NCBI GenBank assembly: GCA_963702435.1
Contig: CAVPCR010000003.1
Location: forward strand, 32,001-96,000
Direction: 5' to 3'
Source of the DNA: Candidatus Eiseniibacteriota bacterium
Lineage (GTDB): Bacteria > Eisenbacteria > RBG-16-71-46 > CAVPCR01
Length of the DNA: 64,000 nucleotides
The position numbers and the translations under genes were made by a program. Positions 45,058 through 55,633 of this stretch are shown one piece after another (positions within the stretch are counted from its first letter, which is position 1; each line of letters opens with the position of its first letter). Under the pieces are notes generated by a model. It worked only from the letters and a program-made list of their open reading frames with translations, was not told the origin of the DNA and made no database searches.

Positions 45058-46557
45058 TCACCGAACGACGACGAGCCGCGAAGTCGTCTCCTCCCCTGCC
45101 GTCTCGATGCGCAGGAGGTAGATCCCCGAGCCCACGTGCGTGCCGCGCGCGTCCCGGCCGTCCCAGCGCAGGCGGCCGCTCGGGCTCGCGGCGAGCTCCG
45201 GCGTCAGGTCGCGGATCCGGCGCCCGGCGACGTCCGCGATCGTCGCTCGCGTCCCGGCCGGCGGTGGCCCGAGCGGGAAGGCGATGGTGGTCTCCGCGGT
45301 GAAGGGGTTCGGGGCGGCGATGACGCGGAGCGTCACAGCGGGTATAGGACTCTCCTCGCCCGCCGCGCCGGCCGGCGGGATCGAGATGAAATAGACCTCG
45401 GCCGAGTCGGGCGGACCGCCGCGCGCGTTGGTGTAGAGCGCGGAGATCGAGCCGGGTCGGGTGATCGTGCGCGCGATGCAATGATCCTGGCCGCCGGAGG
45501 GGTTCTCGGTCGACTGGTTCCGCGGCGGGAGGTACTCGGGGACCCAGCCACTCCACCCGGCGGACTGGATGGCGTCCCCCGTGTAGATGTTTCCCGATAC
45601 CTCGGAACCGACGACGATCGGCCCGTACCAGCCGCTGGTCAGATTCTCGAGGCTCGCCGAGACCGTGCCGGAGACGAGGGTTGCCGGGCCGAAGGTGACG
45701 CCGCCGTCGTCGCTCTGCCGGACGTAGATGCGGCTCGGGAAGCCCCAGCCGTCGTTGCCGCTCATCGCGACGACGACCCCGCTTCCGGTGGAGACGTCCA
45801 CCGCAAAATCGTTCGCATTGCCCGAGGCGAGCGTGAGATAGGTCCACTCCCCTGCGGCCCTGCGGGCGTAGTGCGCGTGGTAATCGCCGAAGTCGCCGCC
45901 GCGATAGACGACGTGCACGACGCCAGGGGTCACGGCGACCCTGGGCTCGGCGCCGGTCCAGAAGGGGCCGAGATCGCTCCCGGCGAGCCGCTCGACGACG
46001 AATCCGCTCGTGGTCCTCGTGGCGTAGAAGATCTTGCCGCCGCCGGAGATGGTGTCGTAGCCGGCCCACACGATGTGCACGTTTCCGTCGCCGTCCATGA
46101 GATCGGCGATGTCGGGGGTCATGTCCTCGGTCGTGTTCGTGGTGACCGGCTCGCTCACCCAGGCGCCGTGGTATGGCCGGTACGCGTACATGATCTCGGA
46201 CGCGGTGCCGGAGCCGCGCTGCCAGACCAGGTGGAAATCGGGAGGGAAACTCCCGGCGAGGCGCGGGCCGTACTCGAACCCGGTCCCCGCGGTGAGCGGG
46301 ACGGGCGCGAGCCACGCGCCCGTCAACTCGTCGGTCTCGCTGAAGAAGAGCCGGAAGCTCTGCCCGGATGTTTCCGTGAGCCACACCGCCGCGGCGGACC
46401 CGCAGAACTGGAAGAGCGATCCCGACGTGGTGCGATCCTCGACCAGGTTCGTGGTGATGCGTTCCGGCGGGTTCCAGTCGGTGGCGTGGGCGGCGGGGAC
46501 GGCGCTTGCGAGGACGGCGACCGCCGCGCAGCGAACGATGCGCGTCGCGTGGGGCAT
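45058..46557 (-). CDS. Secreted BNR/propeller-like protein with FlgD-Ig-like tail
   Basis: aggagg RBS, signal peptide, SDDGGVTF Asp-box, APNPF...WDGRD...GIY. Confidence 0.85.
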   Translation of the reverse strand: MPHATRIVRCAAVAVLASAVPAAHATDWNPPERITTNLVEDRTTSGSLFQFCGSAAAVWLTETSGQSFRLFFSETDELTGAWLAPVPLTAGTGFEYGPRLAGSFPPDFHLVWQRGSGTASEIMYAYRPYHGAWVSEPVTTNTTEDMTPDIADLMDGDGNVHIVWAGYDTISGGGKIFYATRTTSGFVVERLAGSDLGPFWTGAEPRVAVTPGVVHVVYRGGDFGDYHAHYARRAAGEWTYLTLASGNANDFAVDVSTGSGVVVAMSGNDGWGFPSRIYVRQSDDGGVTFGPATLVSGTVSASLENLTSGWYGPIVVGSEVSGNIYTGDAIQSAGWSGWVPEYLPPRNQSTENPSGGQDHCIARTITRPGSISALYTNARGGPPDSAEVYFISIPPAGAAGEESPIPAVTLRVIAAPNPFTAETTIAFPLGPPPAGTRATIADVAGRRIRDLTPELAASPSGRLRWDGRDARGTHVGSGIYLLRIETAGEETTSRLVVVR

Positions 46558-46665
46558 GGCGACCTCCTGGGCTGAGTGGCCGCATGGCGCAGCCACCCAT
46601 CCAGTGTAGGCCGAACCGGCCAGCGCGGCTACCGACCTGGGGGAACCCGCCCCGGCACCAGGTGG

Positions 46666-46742
46666 TGGTGCCCCCGGGGTGACTCGAACACCCGGCACGC
46701 GGTTTAGGAAACCGCTGCTCTGTCCGCCTGAGCTACGGGGGC
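46666..46742 (-). tRNA. tRNA-Arg (CCT), integration site
   Basis: gcccccgtagctcag...ttCCTaa...gttcgagtc...gggggcacca. Confidence 0.95.
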
Positions 46743-47773
46743 ACCTTACTGCCGGCAGCGAGGATACGACGTTCACTCTCCCCTGCGTCAAGGCCGATGG
46801 ATACGGTCTTGGATACGGTTTGCACCCGTCTAGCTTCCTCGAAGACCGCCTCGTCCGACAGACCGCCGTAGCGCTGAGTCGTCGTGATCGAGGCATGGCC
46901 GAGGAGCTGCTGGAGGGCCGGGAGCGATCCCCCGGCCTCCAGCCACCGGCAGGCGAACGTGTGGCGAAGCTGGTGCGCGTGGAAACGCTCAACCCCCGTC
47001 TTCGCTCTCACGTCGCGGCTGAACGATCCAACGGACTTCTCGCCGTAAGGGATGAGCTTCCCGACGTGTCCCCGGAGCTCGCCCAGAATCTCGGGCGGCA
47101 GCGGCACGCGCCGGACCTTGTCGCTCTTCGTCTTCTTCACCGTGAGAACCCCGCCTCGGATGTCAGAGGTGAGCGCCCTGGCCATCTCTCCCCAGCGCAT
47201 CCCCGTGGCAAGGCCGAGCCGGGCCGTGAAGCCGAGCATGCCGGGTATCTTCTCGACGAGGGCAACCTCCTCGTCGCTGAGGCGATCCGGGTCCCGTTCC
47301 GGAATCTTGGGCATGATCCTCCGCGGAAAGGGACTCCGCTCCAGGTAGCCGGCGTCCTCGCACCAGCGAAAGAGACAGCGGGCATCAGCGAGGACGTGGG
47401 CGACCGTCTGCGGGCTCAAGTCCTTCTCCTCGAGCCAGAGGCGGTATTCCCGAAAGTCCTGGCTACTCACCCTCTGGATCATCTTCCAGCCCATGAAGCG
47501 GCTGAGGTACATTTCAGCGCGCGCCTTCGCGAGCGCCCTGCCCTTCTCATTTCGCTGGTTCTGGATGTAGGTGTCGACCCAACGGTGGATCGCCTTGTCA
47601 ACGGTGAGGCGGACCGGGGGCACTCCTTGGCGCTTGATCTCACGGTATCTGCGGTTCGCCTCCTCGCAGTCCGCGCCGAGGCTCACGAGCCGCTCTCTTC
47701 CACCGGAGTAGATGCGGCAGTACCAAGATTGCCGACCGGGCCGCCGAAACATCCCTCGTTGCGGTCGGGGCAT
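46733..47773 (-). CDS. Tyrosine integrase
   Basis: TGMRWGE, KTK, HQLRHTFA, LLGHASITTTQRY catalytic motifs. Confidence 0.95.
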   Translation of the reverse strand: MPRPQRGMFRRPGRQSWYCRIYSGGRERLVSLGADCEEANRRYREIKRQGVPPVRLTVDKAIHRWVDTYIQNQRNEKGRALAKARAEMYLSRFMGWKMIQRVSSQDFREYRLWLEEKDLSPQTVAHVLADARCLFRWCEDAGYLERSPFPRRIMPKIPERDPDRLSDEEVALVEKIPGMLGFTARLGLATGMRWGEMARALTSDIRGGVLTVKKTKSDKVRRVPLPPEILGELRGHVGKLIPYGEKSVGSFSRDVRAKTGVERFHAHQLRHTFACRWLEAGGSLPALQQLLGHASITTTQRYGGLSDEAVFEEARRVQTVSKTVSIGLDAGESERRILAAGSKVPP

Positions 47774-47777
47774 TGTG

Positions 47778-47984
47778 TCATCCCTCCTTCCTGTCCCCGA
47801 CCCACCGAGCTATCTCGCAAGGGTCAAAGCGTAGGAGGGTGCCCATCCGCACGCAAGGGAGCTTCCCCAGCGCAGCCCACTTGTAGATGGTCTTGGGGGC
47901 AACCCCTAGCCACCCAGCGACTTCCGCCACCGTCATCAGCTTCGGGGGCATCCCCCTGTGCCCGCCGATCTCCCGGGCCGTCAT
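47778..47984 (-). CDS. Excisionase-like HTH protein
   Basis: LMTVAEVAGWLGVAPKTIYKW...LRF. Confidence 0.88.
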   Translation of the reverse strand: MTAREIGGHRGMPPKLMTVAEVAGWLGVAPKTIYKWAALGKLPCVRMGTLLRFDPCEIARWVGDRKEG

Positions 47985-50380
47985 CGGGATGCCCCCCAAG
48001 GCTCAATATCCTCAGAATCCTCAGAACTCCGTGAACCGCGCTGCGTGTGGACCTTCGGATTCACCTCGTAGACTGGGCTCCGTGGTCGCCCGGGTCCGTG
48101 TCGCTCCTCCGAGGCGAGGGGCCGGATGCAGAGACGATCCTCGAGAATCCTGAGCGGTTCCTCCATGGCGGCAACCTCTCGGAACCGCGTCTTCATGGCC
48201 TGGAAGGCGTCCCGCCTGCTGAAAGTCAGGAGGCCACGACTCTCAATCCAGCGGAGGATGTGTCGAGCGCCGTCGATCTTCGGATCGGCCCCCATCTCAC
48301 CGAAGGCCGCCAGGCGCATGCGGGATCAGATAGTGCCCGATGGCGACTGCGGATCGCATCGTCCCGAGGTTGATCCGCGCCGAAGTAGGGATTGTCATCG
48401 CTGGGCTTTCCCGGCGAGATGGAGGATGCCCGAGATGCGGACGCACCGCCCCGGCGAGCTTCCCTGCCCCAATCAGTGATGTGTCCCGAGCGTACCCCTG
48501 CTCTGTGAGTTGGGGCTCGAGCCAGGCCTGAAAGCCGCGTGAAGCTCAGCGCGGGCAGCAGCATCGAGAAACTGGATCGTGTGAGGCACAGGATGTCCAG
48601 AGCCATCAATCGCCGGGTTGAAGGCCAGCTAGGCGACGAAGCGTTCTGCCGGTACGATGCTAGCGCACGCGATGGCGGCACCGGAGGGGTGGTCGATCTT
48701 CCTGCGATGGCCGAGAGGGTTCACCGGCAGGACGTAGTAGAGAAACCGGGCGAGAAGTCCACGACCACGGAACCCCGGCGTTCGAGGTAAGACCCCTCAG
48801 CACGTCGGGCTGGATGGCGAGACGCAATGGTGAGGGCGGGGCCTTCCACGTGCTCCGGTGGTCGGTTCACGCGATCCACTCGGATGGTATCGCCCGCAGT
48901 GAGCCCTTCAGATAGACACCCGAGGTTCGGTGCATGTATTGGCGGAATACCGGCCCGCCATGAGGTCAAAAACGTCGCCCTCCAGGAGACATGACAGCCA
49001 CCCGTCCCCCGTGGTCTCGCAGGAGCGTCGCAAGCTGTCTCCGGGCTGCAGTCATCGGCAGTGAAGCCGGGGCGACACGGGGACCTCGAGGTACTCGGCG
49101 AGCTCTCCGATGCAAGCTGTTTCGCCTCCTCCTCGGGCTCCCGCCGCTTCTCGTCGGGGGCTGCCGCGCGCAGCTGCTGCTTTCAGCACTGCTTGAGTCG
49201 CCTCCTCGAGGATTCGGCGGCGGCTCAAGCGCTTCTGCGATCTCATCCGCATTGAGTTGCGCGGCAACCTCGGCCTCGTACTCCTCGAGCGGGGCACAGA
49301 CATCCCGAAAGACCGCGGACTTGCGCGTCCCGGATGGCAACACGGTTGCCGTTGAAGAGATTCAGTAGGTTCCTGGTAGCCGTATCGTTGACTCTGGACC
49401 ATGGCCTGGCGTCGCGACTGCGGTTGCACAGGCATGACAAGCGCGAGCATGCCCGCGAGGTCGGCCGGTGTCTGCGTCGCCTCCGCCTCCGCCTCGACGA
49501 AAGTCCCGGAGCCACCCGGGCGAGCACGTCAGTCGGGAACGGTCGGAAGGTGCAGGATTCCGAAGAGCGGGATTGGGTCCTCCCACTCGGGTTCGACCAG
49601 GGGAGCCCCTCTGTCCGAGCGCCTGGTCTCCCCTTCCGAGTCTCCACCTCGAGAGGGATCGAGGTCCTCGAGCCCGGTATCCCGCGGCGAGGTGATCGCT
49701 CACGTCTTTGCCGCGGGCAGGCTGGAGGACTTCGACCTCCTGGGCGTAAGGGCGGACTGCGTCCGCTACCTCGCGGGCATGCTTGATTCCCGGGGCGTCG
49801 GCATCGGCGACTATCCTGACTCTCGCTCCGCGAAGTAACTCCGAGTATTCAGGACGCCACTTCCCGACACCACCTGGATTGCAGGTCGCGACGCCGCCTG
49901 CTCGCTCGACGGCCTCAACGTCCTTCTCCCCTTCCACGACGTGGATCGTCTTCTCGAGCCCGACTTCGAGAAGCTCCGGGAGGTGGTATAGCACCCGCCG
50001 GACGTCGCCGAGCTTCCAGATCCACCCGCCAGCTCCGTCCGCTCGCCGTTGCCTGAAGGTCTTCGGGTGGAACCTGACGACCTGGAAGAGCAACTTGCCG
50101 AGCTCGTCCCTGTAGTCGTAGGTGGCAACGATCTCTGGCCCCTCGCGACTCGATCCGTTCTCGGGGAACAGGTCTTTGGGCTCGAGACCGAGGGCAAAGA
50201 GCACGGCATCCTGCGAGCAACCTGCATGGCAATGGAAGAGAACGCGCCCATCGTCGCCCGACGTTGACACTGAGCGATGCTCGTGTTGTCCTCGTGTGCT
50301 GGGCACGTGAAGTCCTTCCCCTGCTGCCGGCACCCGCGAGCATCGAGCGCCGCCATGAATCTGCTGAGGGCCGCGCTCAT
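47981..50380 (-). CDS. Zn-finger/TOPRIM primase with DUF3987(YfjI)-like helicase region, heavily frameshifted
   Basis: CPAHED, HCHAGC, YDYRDE, VVEGEKDV, ADADAPG; LPSGTRKSAVF; FSRRDAFQ...PGRPRSPVYEVNP. Confidence 0.78.
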
Positions 50381-50799
50381 GACCGGCCCTCCTCTGCGTC
50401 TAGGATCTGCGATTCGATGGCGAGGACGTGGTCCAAGATCCGGTTACGGCAGGGACGGCAGGTTGGACCAAGAAGCTGCACCGCCAGGACATCCTCAACG
50501 CCCCAGCAGCGACAGCACTCGTGGAGAGGGATGATTCTCGCGAGCCTGGCGCCACAGCGGCGATAGCATGGCCTGAAGGGCCGTGTGTATACATTGGATC
50601 AGAAGATCGCACCTGAGCCTCCTCGAACCGAGGAGGCGCAAATGCCCTTGACGTCGATCCGCGACGTGAGGCGACAATAGTGCAAGTTCATGGATAGCCC
50701 CCTCGGGGGTGATATGCCGGTCGGGCTTGAGGGCCTGGCCGGCTGATCCATTTGCCTACTTAGGAGAAGGGAGAGTCCTATGGAAGGGTAGATCCTATG

Positions 50800-51350
50800 A
50801 AGGCTCGGATGCTGCGCAGGGAATCGAACGCGCATCCACTGGGCATGGGTCGCGGGGGTAAGGATGCCCTCGCGGTTCCTCGCGGCTGCATTTCGAGTGC
50901 TCATCCGCCAAGGAACATGACGGCTCACCTTGTTGTCCTCGCACGCGCGCTCCGCGATCGCACGCTCAGCATCCTCACGATAACGACGCGCGTCGAGGAG
51001 AAATAACCAACCTGATACGACCGAGGGTGCTCGACTCAACTTGACGAGATCGGGACCACCGCGCAGGCGCACGACGTCACCGAGCCCGGTGACGGCCAGC
51101 CGCCAACACACCGGGGTCTCGCGATGCGCGGGGAAGCTCGCAGCGACTTGCTTGACGGCGCGCCGGATACGTCTGGCCTGAGTGCCCTGGCGACGGAGTT
51201 CGACGACGAGCCGCAGGCGCACGAGGTCTTCTACTCGGTATGTTGCAGGGTAGCTGCGGCCAGGTCGTTGGATTCGGAGGCAACCGGCGTCTTCTCCCAG
51301 AATTGGAGATGGGGAGGCTTGATCGGGAGCCGGCTATCTCGGGATGCCCA
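50800..51350 (-). pseudogene. Possible degenerate MerR-like HTH regulator; boundaries approximate
   Basis: RPGRSYPATYRVEDLVRLRLVVELRRQG read from DNA; no clean start. Confidence 0.35.
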
Positions 51351-51619
51351 TTCGGCGGCTTGGGCTCGGTTCAGCCGACGTGCATCGATCACATGCCTTC
51401 TGCCCGCCGAACAGACTTCTTACAAAAGTAGTCATCTTCTAGTCAAGCCCCTTTTGATGCTTCTCGACGGCACTGGTCCTAAGTACTGACAGACGCGTCG
51501 GTTCATGTCTTCATCCGCTCCTCTCAGGGCAGCTGTGCTACGGGCCGCCGGGGCTCGGTTTCGAGGCTACGGGTGGTAGACTGGCTCAAGTTGTCCCGGG
51601 CAACAGGAGGGACCCCAAC

Positions 51620-54125
51620 ATGCCGGCCGCACGCGCCCTGCTCGTTCTCGCGATCGTGCCCGCCCTCAGCTTCCTGCATGTGCCTCAAACAAACGCTCAG
51701 TGGTCGGACGTTACTCCTGGTCCGTCATGAGCCAAACCGGAACCGCGTAACGGGGTTTCGTGGGGCGACTTCGACAACGATGGGGACCAGGACCTCTACA
51801 TGACCAACCACGGCCAGGCGAACAACCTGTTCCGGAATGACGGAGCCAACGAATTCGTCGATGTCGCGGTCGGTTCGGTCCTCGCCGACACTGGCCATGG
51901 TCGAGCAGCGCCTTGGGCCGATTACGACAACGACGAGGATCTCGACATCTTCCTCGCGAACGAAGGAGATCCGAACAAGCTGTTCCGGAACGACGGCGCC
52001 GCATGGCTTCAGCGACGCCACGACTGGCGCCACTCGGTCTCGACCGTCAAGACGTTGGAGTCTGCTGGGGAGACTACGATCTGGATGGCGATGTGGATCT
52101 CTACGTGACGAGGCTTCGTCACACGGCAGGTCACGTCGACTATTCCACAACGATGGAGGTGGATCGTTCTCTGATGTCACGAATGGACCTCTGGAGCGTA
52201 CCAAGGATTGCAGCGAAGGGGCCTCATGGGGAGATTATGACAACGACGGCGACCTCGACATCTACGTCTCTTCCTGCGTCGGCAACCTGCTCCTCCGAAA
52301 CGACATGACCGGGCGGCTTCGTCGACGTAACCACGGGGCCTCTTGGCACACACGGCCGAAGGCGTCGCTTGGGCTGACTATGACAACGACGGCGACCTCG
52401 ATCTGTACGTCTCCAGGGAGTTCTCCAACGGCAGGCTTTTTCGCAACGATGGCAACGGAGTGTTCTCTGACGTTACAAGCGGACCCCTGGGCGGCCCCGC
52501 TAGCTATGCGGTCGCTTGGGGTGACTACGACAACGACGCCGACCTGGACCTCTACGTGACGCCATCGCGGCTGATGCGAAATGACGGCAACGGCGTCTTC
52601 GTGGATGTGACGGAGGGACCTCTCGTCGGCGCCGGCGGAGGCGTCGGCGCTGCCTGGGCAGACTACGATGGCGATGGCGATCTGGACCTGTTCATGGCCA
52701 GCAACGTCAGCCTCAATCATCTCTTCCGAAACGACCTCGACAACCAGAATCACTGGCTGCAGGTTCGGCTACTGGGCACAGTGTCTAACCGAGCGTGCAT
52801 CGGCGCGCGAGTGCGCGCGGTCACCGGCACGACGAGTCAAATCCGCGAGATTTCCGGAGGGTCTGGGTTCACCTCACAGAGATGCTCTGACAGTTCACTT
52901 CGGATTGGCGGCGGCGACGACAGTTGGCACTCTGGAGATCAGGTGGCCGTCGGGGATCGTGCGGACGATGACCGGGGTCGAGGTGGACCAGCAGCTGGTA
53001 GTCGTCGAGTCTATGGCGGCAGAAGGCAACATCGTCGGCTGGGGAGCGAACGACGCCGGCCAACTCAACATCCCCGAGCCCAACGAGAACTTCGTCGCCG
53101 TCGCGCCGTGGGCCTACGAGAGCTCGGCCGGGCCCGACGACTATTCCTTCGCCCTCGGGCTCAAGTCAGACGGCACGGTGGTCGGCTGGGGAGCCGATGC
53201 CCCTCCCTGGATTCCACCCTATGACGACATCGTCGCGCTCACGCCTTGGATTCTCCTGCGCCGGAACGGCTCGCTCATCACCAGCAACCCGCCGCCGGGT
53301 CCCAACGCCGGGTTCATCGCGATCGGGGATGGCGGTGAGCACTGGCTGGCGATTCGCGAGGGCGGCGCGGTCGTCGCATGGGGGGCCAACTTCTCCGGCC
53401 AGTGCAACGTGCCTGAGCCGAACACTGGATATCGAGCGGTCACGGGAGCCTGTACCGACCACTTCACCGGAGCGGGCTACACACTGGCGATCCATGCGAC
53501 CGGTTCGATCGTCGGCTGGGGAGCGAACGTGAACGGCGTGCTCGACGTGCCGGAGCCCAACACCGGGTTCGACGCAGTCGCGGCGGCCAGGACGCACGCG
53601 CTCGGACTCAAGCAGGATGGCTCGATCGTCCGCTGGGGCTCGCCAGCGACATGCCCGCCGCCGCCGGCCGGTCGTTTCACTGCGATTGCCGCTACAACCA
53701 ACCTGTCCGGTCAGGCATGGAGTGCCGCGCTACGAGAAGATGGCACCATCTTCGAGCAACTGGACACCAGTGCGTGGTCCGCGATCCCGGAGAGCAACTG
53801 GACCGCCATCGCGCTGTCGGCGCGGAACCGGTACGCGATCCGGGGGCGCCCGCTGGTGGCGATTGCCCTCTCACCCCTGCCGGCCGCTCCCGTCGTTTCA
53901 GCAGTTCCAAACCCGTTCTCTTTCCGAACCGTCATCACCGCCCCGGCCGCCGCGCGCGACCTTGTCGTTTACGATTCGACCGGGCGGATGGTGCGAACGT
54001 TGGGGCAAACTATGGAGTGGGACGGGCTCGACGCGCACGGCCAGAGCGCGCCGGCCGGGGTGTACTTCCTGCGGCTCGACTCGCCGCAGGGGCCACGCTC
54101 GCTCCGCGTGGTTCGTCTCCATTAA
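51620..54125 (+). CDS. Secreted FG-GAP/ASPIC-UnbV (CRTAC1-like) protein with RCC1-like repeats and FlgD-Ig-like tail, frameshifted
   Basis: Repeated WGDYDNDGDLD..N.LFRND, NHWLQVRL..IGARV..HFGL..IRWPSG, LKSDGTVVGWG repeats, VPNPF...WDG...GVYF. Confidence 0.85.
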
Positions 54126-54137
54126 GAGCGCGCAGGT

Positions 54138-54425
54138 CTAGCTCCGTCCGCGGCTGGGCCTCGGCGGACCACTCGGCCCGATGGCCTCCGCCATCGCCGC
54201 CGGGTCGGCGAGGAGGCGGGTGAGCGCACGGCAAACAAGGTCCGACATGGAAACGCCGAGCTGCGCGGCGGCCACCTTCGTTTTCCGGTGGAGAACCGGT
54301 GGAACGTACACGGCCAGGCGGACTGGCCGCTCCGCGGCGACCGGTGCACGGTCGGCCTTGCCACCGTCGGCGGCCGGGACCCGCAGCGCCCCGCGGTTCG
54401 CCTTCTCTCGCTTCGTCGCTGCCAT
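54138..54425 (-). CDS. Ribbon-helix-helix (CopG/ParG-like) protein
   Basis: RLAVYVPPVLHRKTKVAAAQLGVSMSDLV..AL; aaggagg RBS. Confidence 0.72.
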   Translation of the reverse strand: MAATKREKANRGALRVPAADGGKADRAPVAAERPVRLAVYVPPVLHRKTKVAAAQLGVSMSDLVCRALTRLLADPAAMAEAIGPSGPPRPSRGRS

Positions 54426-54449
54426 CGGCTCTCCCTCCTTTGGTGATGT

Positions 54450-54928
54450 GGCGCCTTAGTCCCTTCGAGCCTAGGGGGAGCAAGGCCACGGTCAACGCGC
54501 GTGGAAGTCCTCGGCCGCCGGTGAGGTCTGCGCTACGAGCTGCACCGGTGCGAGGACCGCTCCACCGCGAAGGACGGCCAAAGTGCCGCGCACGATCGCG
54601 CCGGCGGACGGCGGGAGGTCGAGGAGCACAAAGTCGAGGCCGTCCGGGATCGCGCCGAGGACGCGGGAGGCCAAGTCCACCGGGAACCGTTCCGGCCTCC
54701 GATCCCACGCGGCGAGCTGCGCGCGGCCCTCGATCACGTCGGTCAAGGTGCGGGAGGCCGGCTCCGGGAGGAGGTGGAATGAGGCCGCGGCACCGGGTCA
54801 AGGTCGAGGAGAACGCACCGGCCGGCGGCGGCGGAGCGCCAGGCCCGCGGCCAGGTTCACAGCAACGGAGGTCGCACCGCTCCCCCCCTTGAGGTACGTG
54901 AGCGCCAGGAACCGCGGCGCGGAGTCAC
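54450..54928 (-). pseudogene. Degenerate ParA ATPase
   Basis: LKGGSG..SVAVNLAAGLA and DFVLLDLPPS remain, but the gene is short and broken. Confidence 0.65.
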
Positions 54929-55633
54929 GCGGTGGCATGGCCGGCGAGCCTCCGGTTGCCGAGAATGTAGCGCACAGTCGAGGGCGCAGAGACCGGCGGC
55001 CGCGCTCCGGGCGGAACCCTTCGGTCTCGAGCTGCTCGCCGATGGCCTTGAGGGTGAGCCCCTCGGCCCGGAGTTCCCGCGCCCTGGCGGCCAGGCGGAG
55101 CCCGTCGCTCTGCGGGGTCGGCCTCGAACCCCTTGCCGGCGATCCGCAGCCCGCGAGGCGCCCGGCTGACGGCCTCCCCCCGCCCGGACTTGTAGCGGAG
55201 CACGCTCGAGGTGCGCTCGCCGATGGCCTCGCGCTCCCACTGACTCACGGCTGCGAGGACGTGGAGCGTGAGCCGCCCGGCAGCGGTGCGGGTGTCAATC
55301 GAGTCCTCGACCGAGAGGAGGCGACTTGCCGGCCTTCTCGGCGAAGTAGTCGCCGATCAAGTCCGCCCAATCGCGAACCGATCGGCTGAGAGTCGGTCGA
55401 GCTTGCAGATCACGAGCCCCTCGGCCTGGCCGGTGCGGAGCCCCTCGAGCACGCGGGCGATGCCGGGGCGGTCGAGCGACTTGCCCGAGACGCCGCGGTC
55501 CTCGACTAGCTCCAACCAGCTCGAGCTCGTGGAGCCGGCAGTAAAGCTCCACCTTCTCGCGCTGCGCCTCGATGCTTTGCCCGAAAGTCGCTTGCTCCTC
55601 GGAGCTGACCCTCACGTATCCGTAGACTTTCAT
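54925..55633 (-). CDS. Serine recombinase/resolvase, frameshifted
   Basis: YGYVRVSSEEQ...SIEAQ, LSRSVRD, SQWEREAIGERT. Confidence 0.87.

Noticed and set aside
50802..50840. tRNA-like fragment (GTTCGATTC, minus strand)
   Set aside because: The T-stem does not pair and there is no cloverleaf
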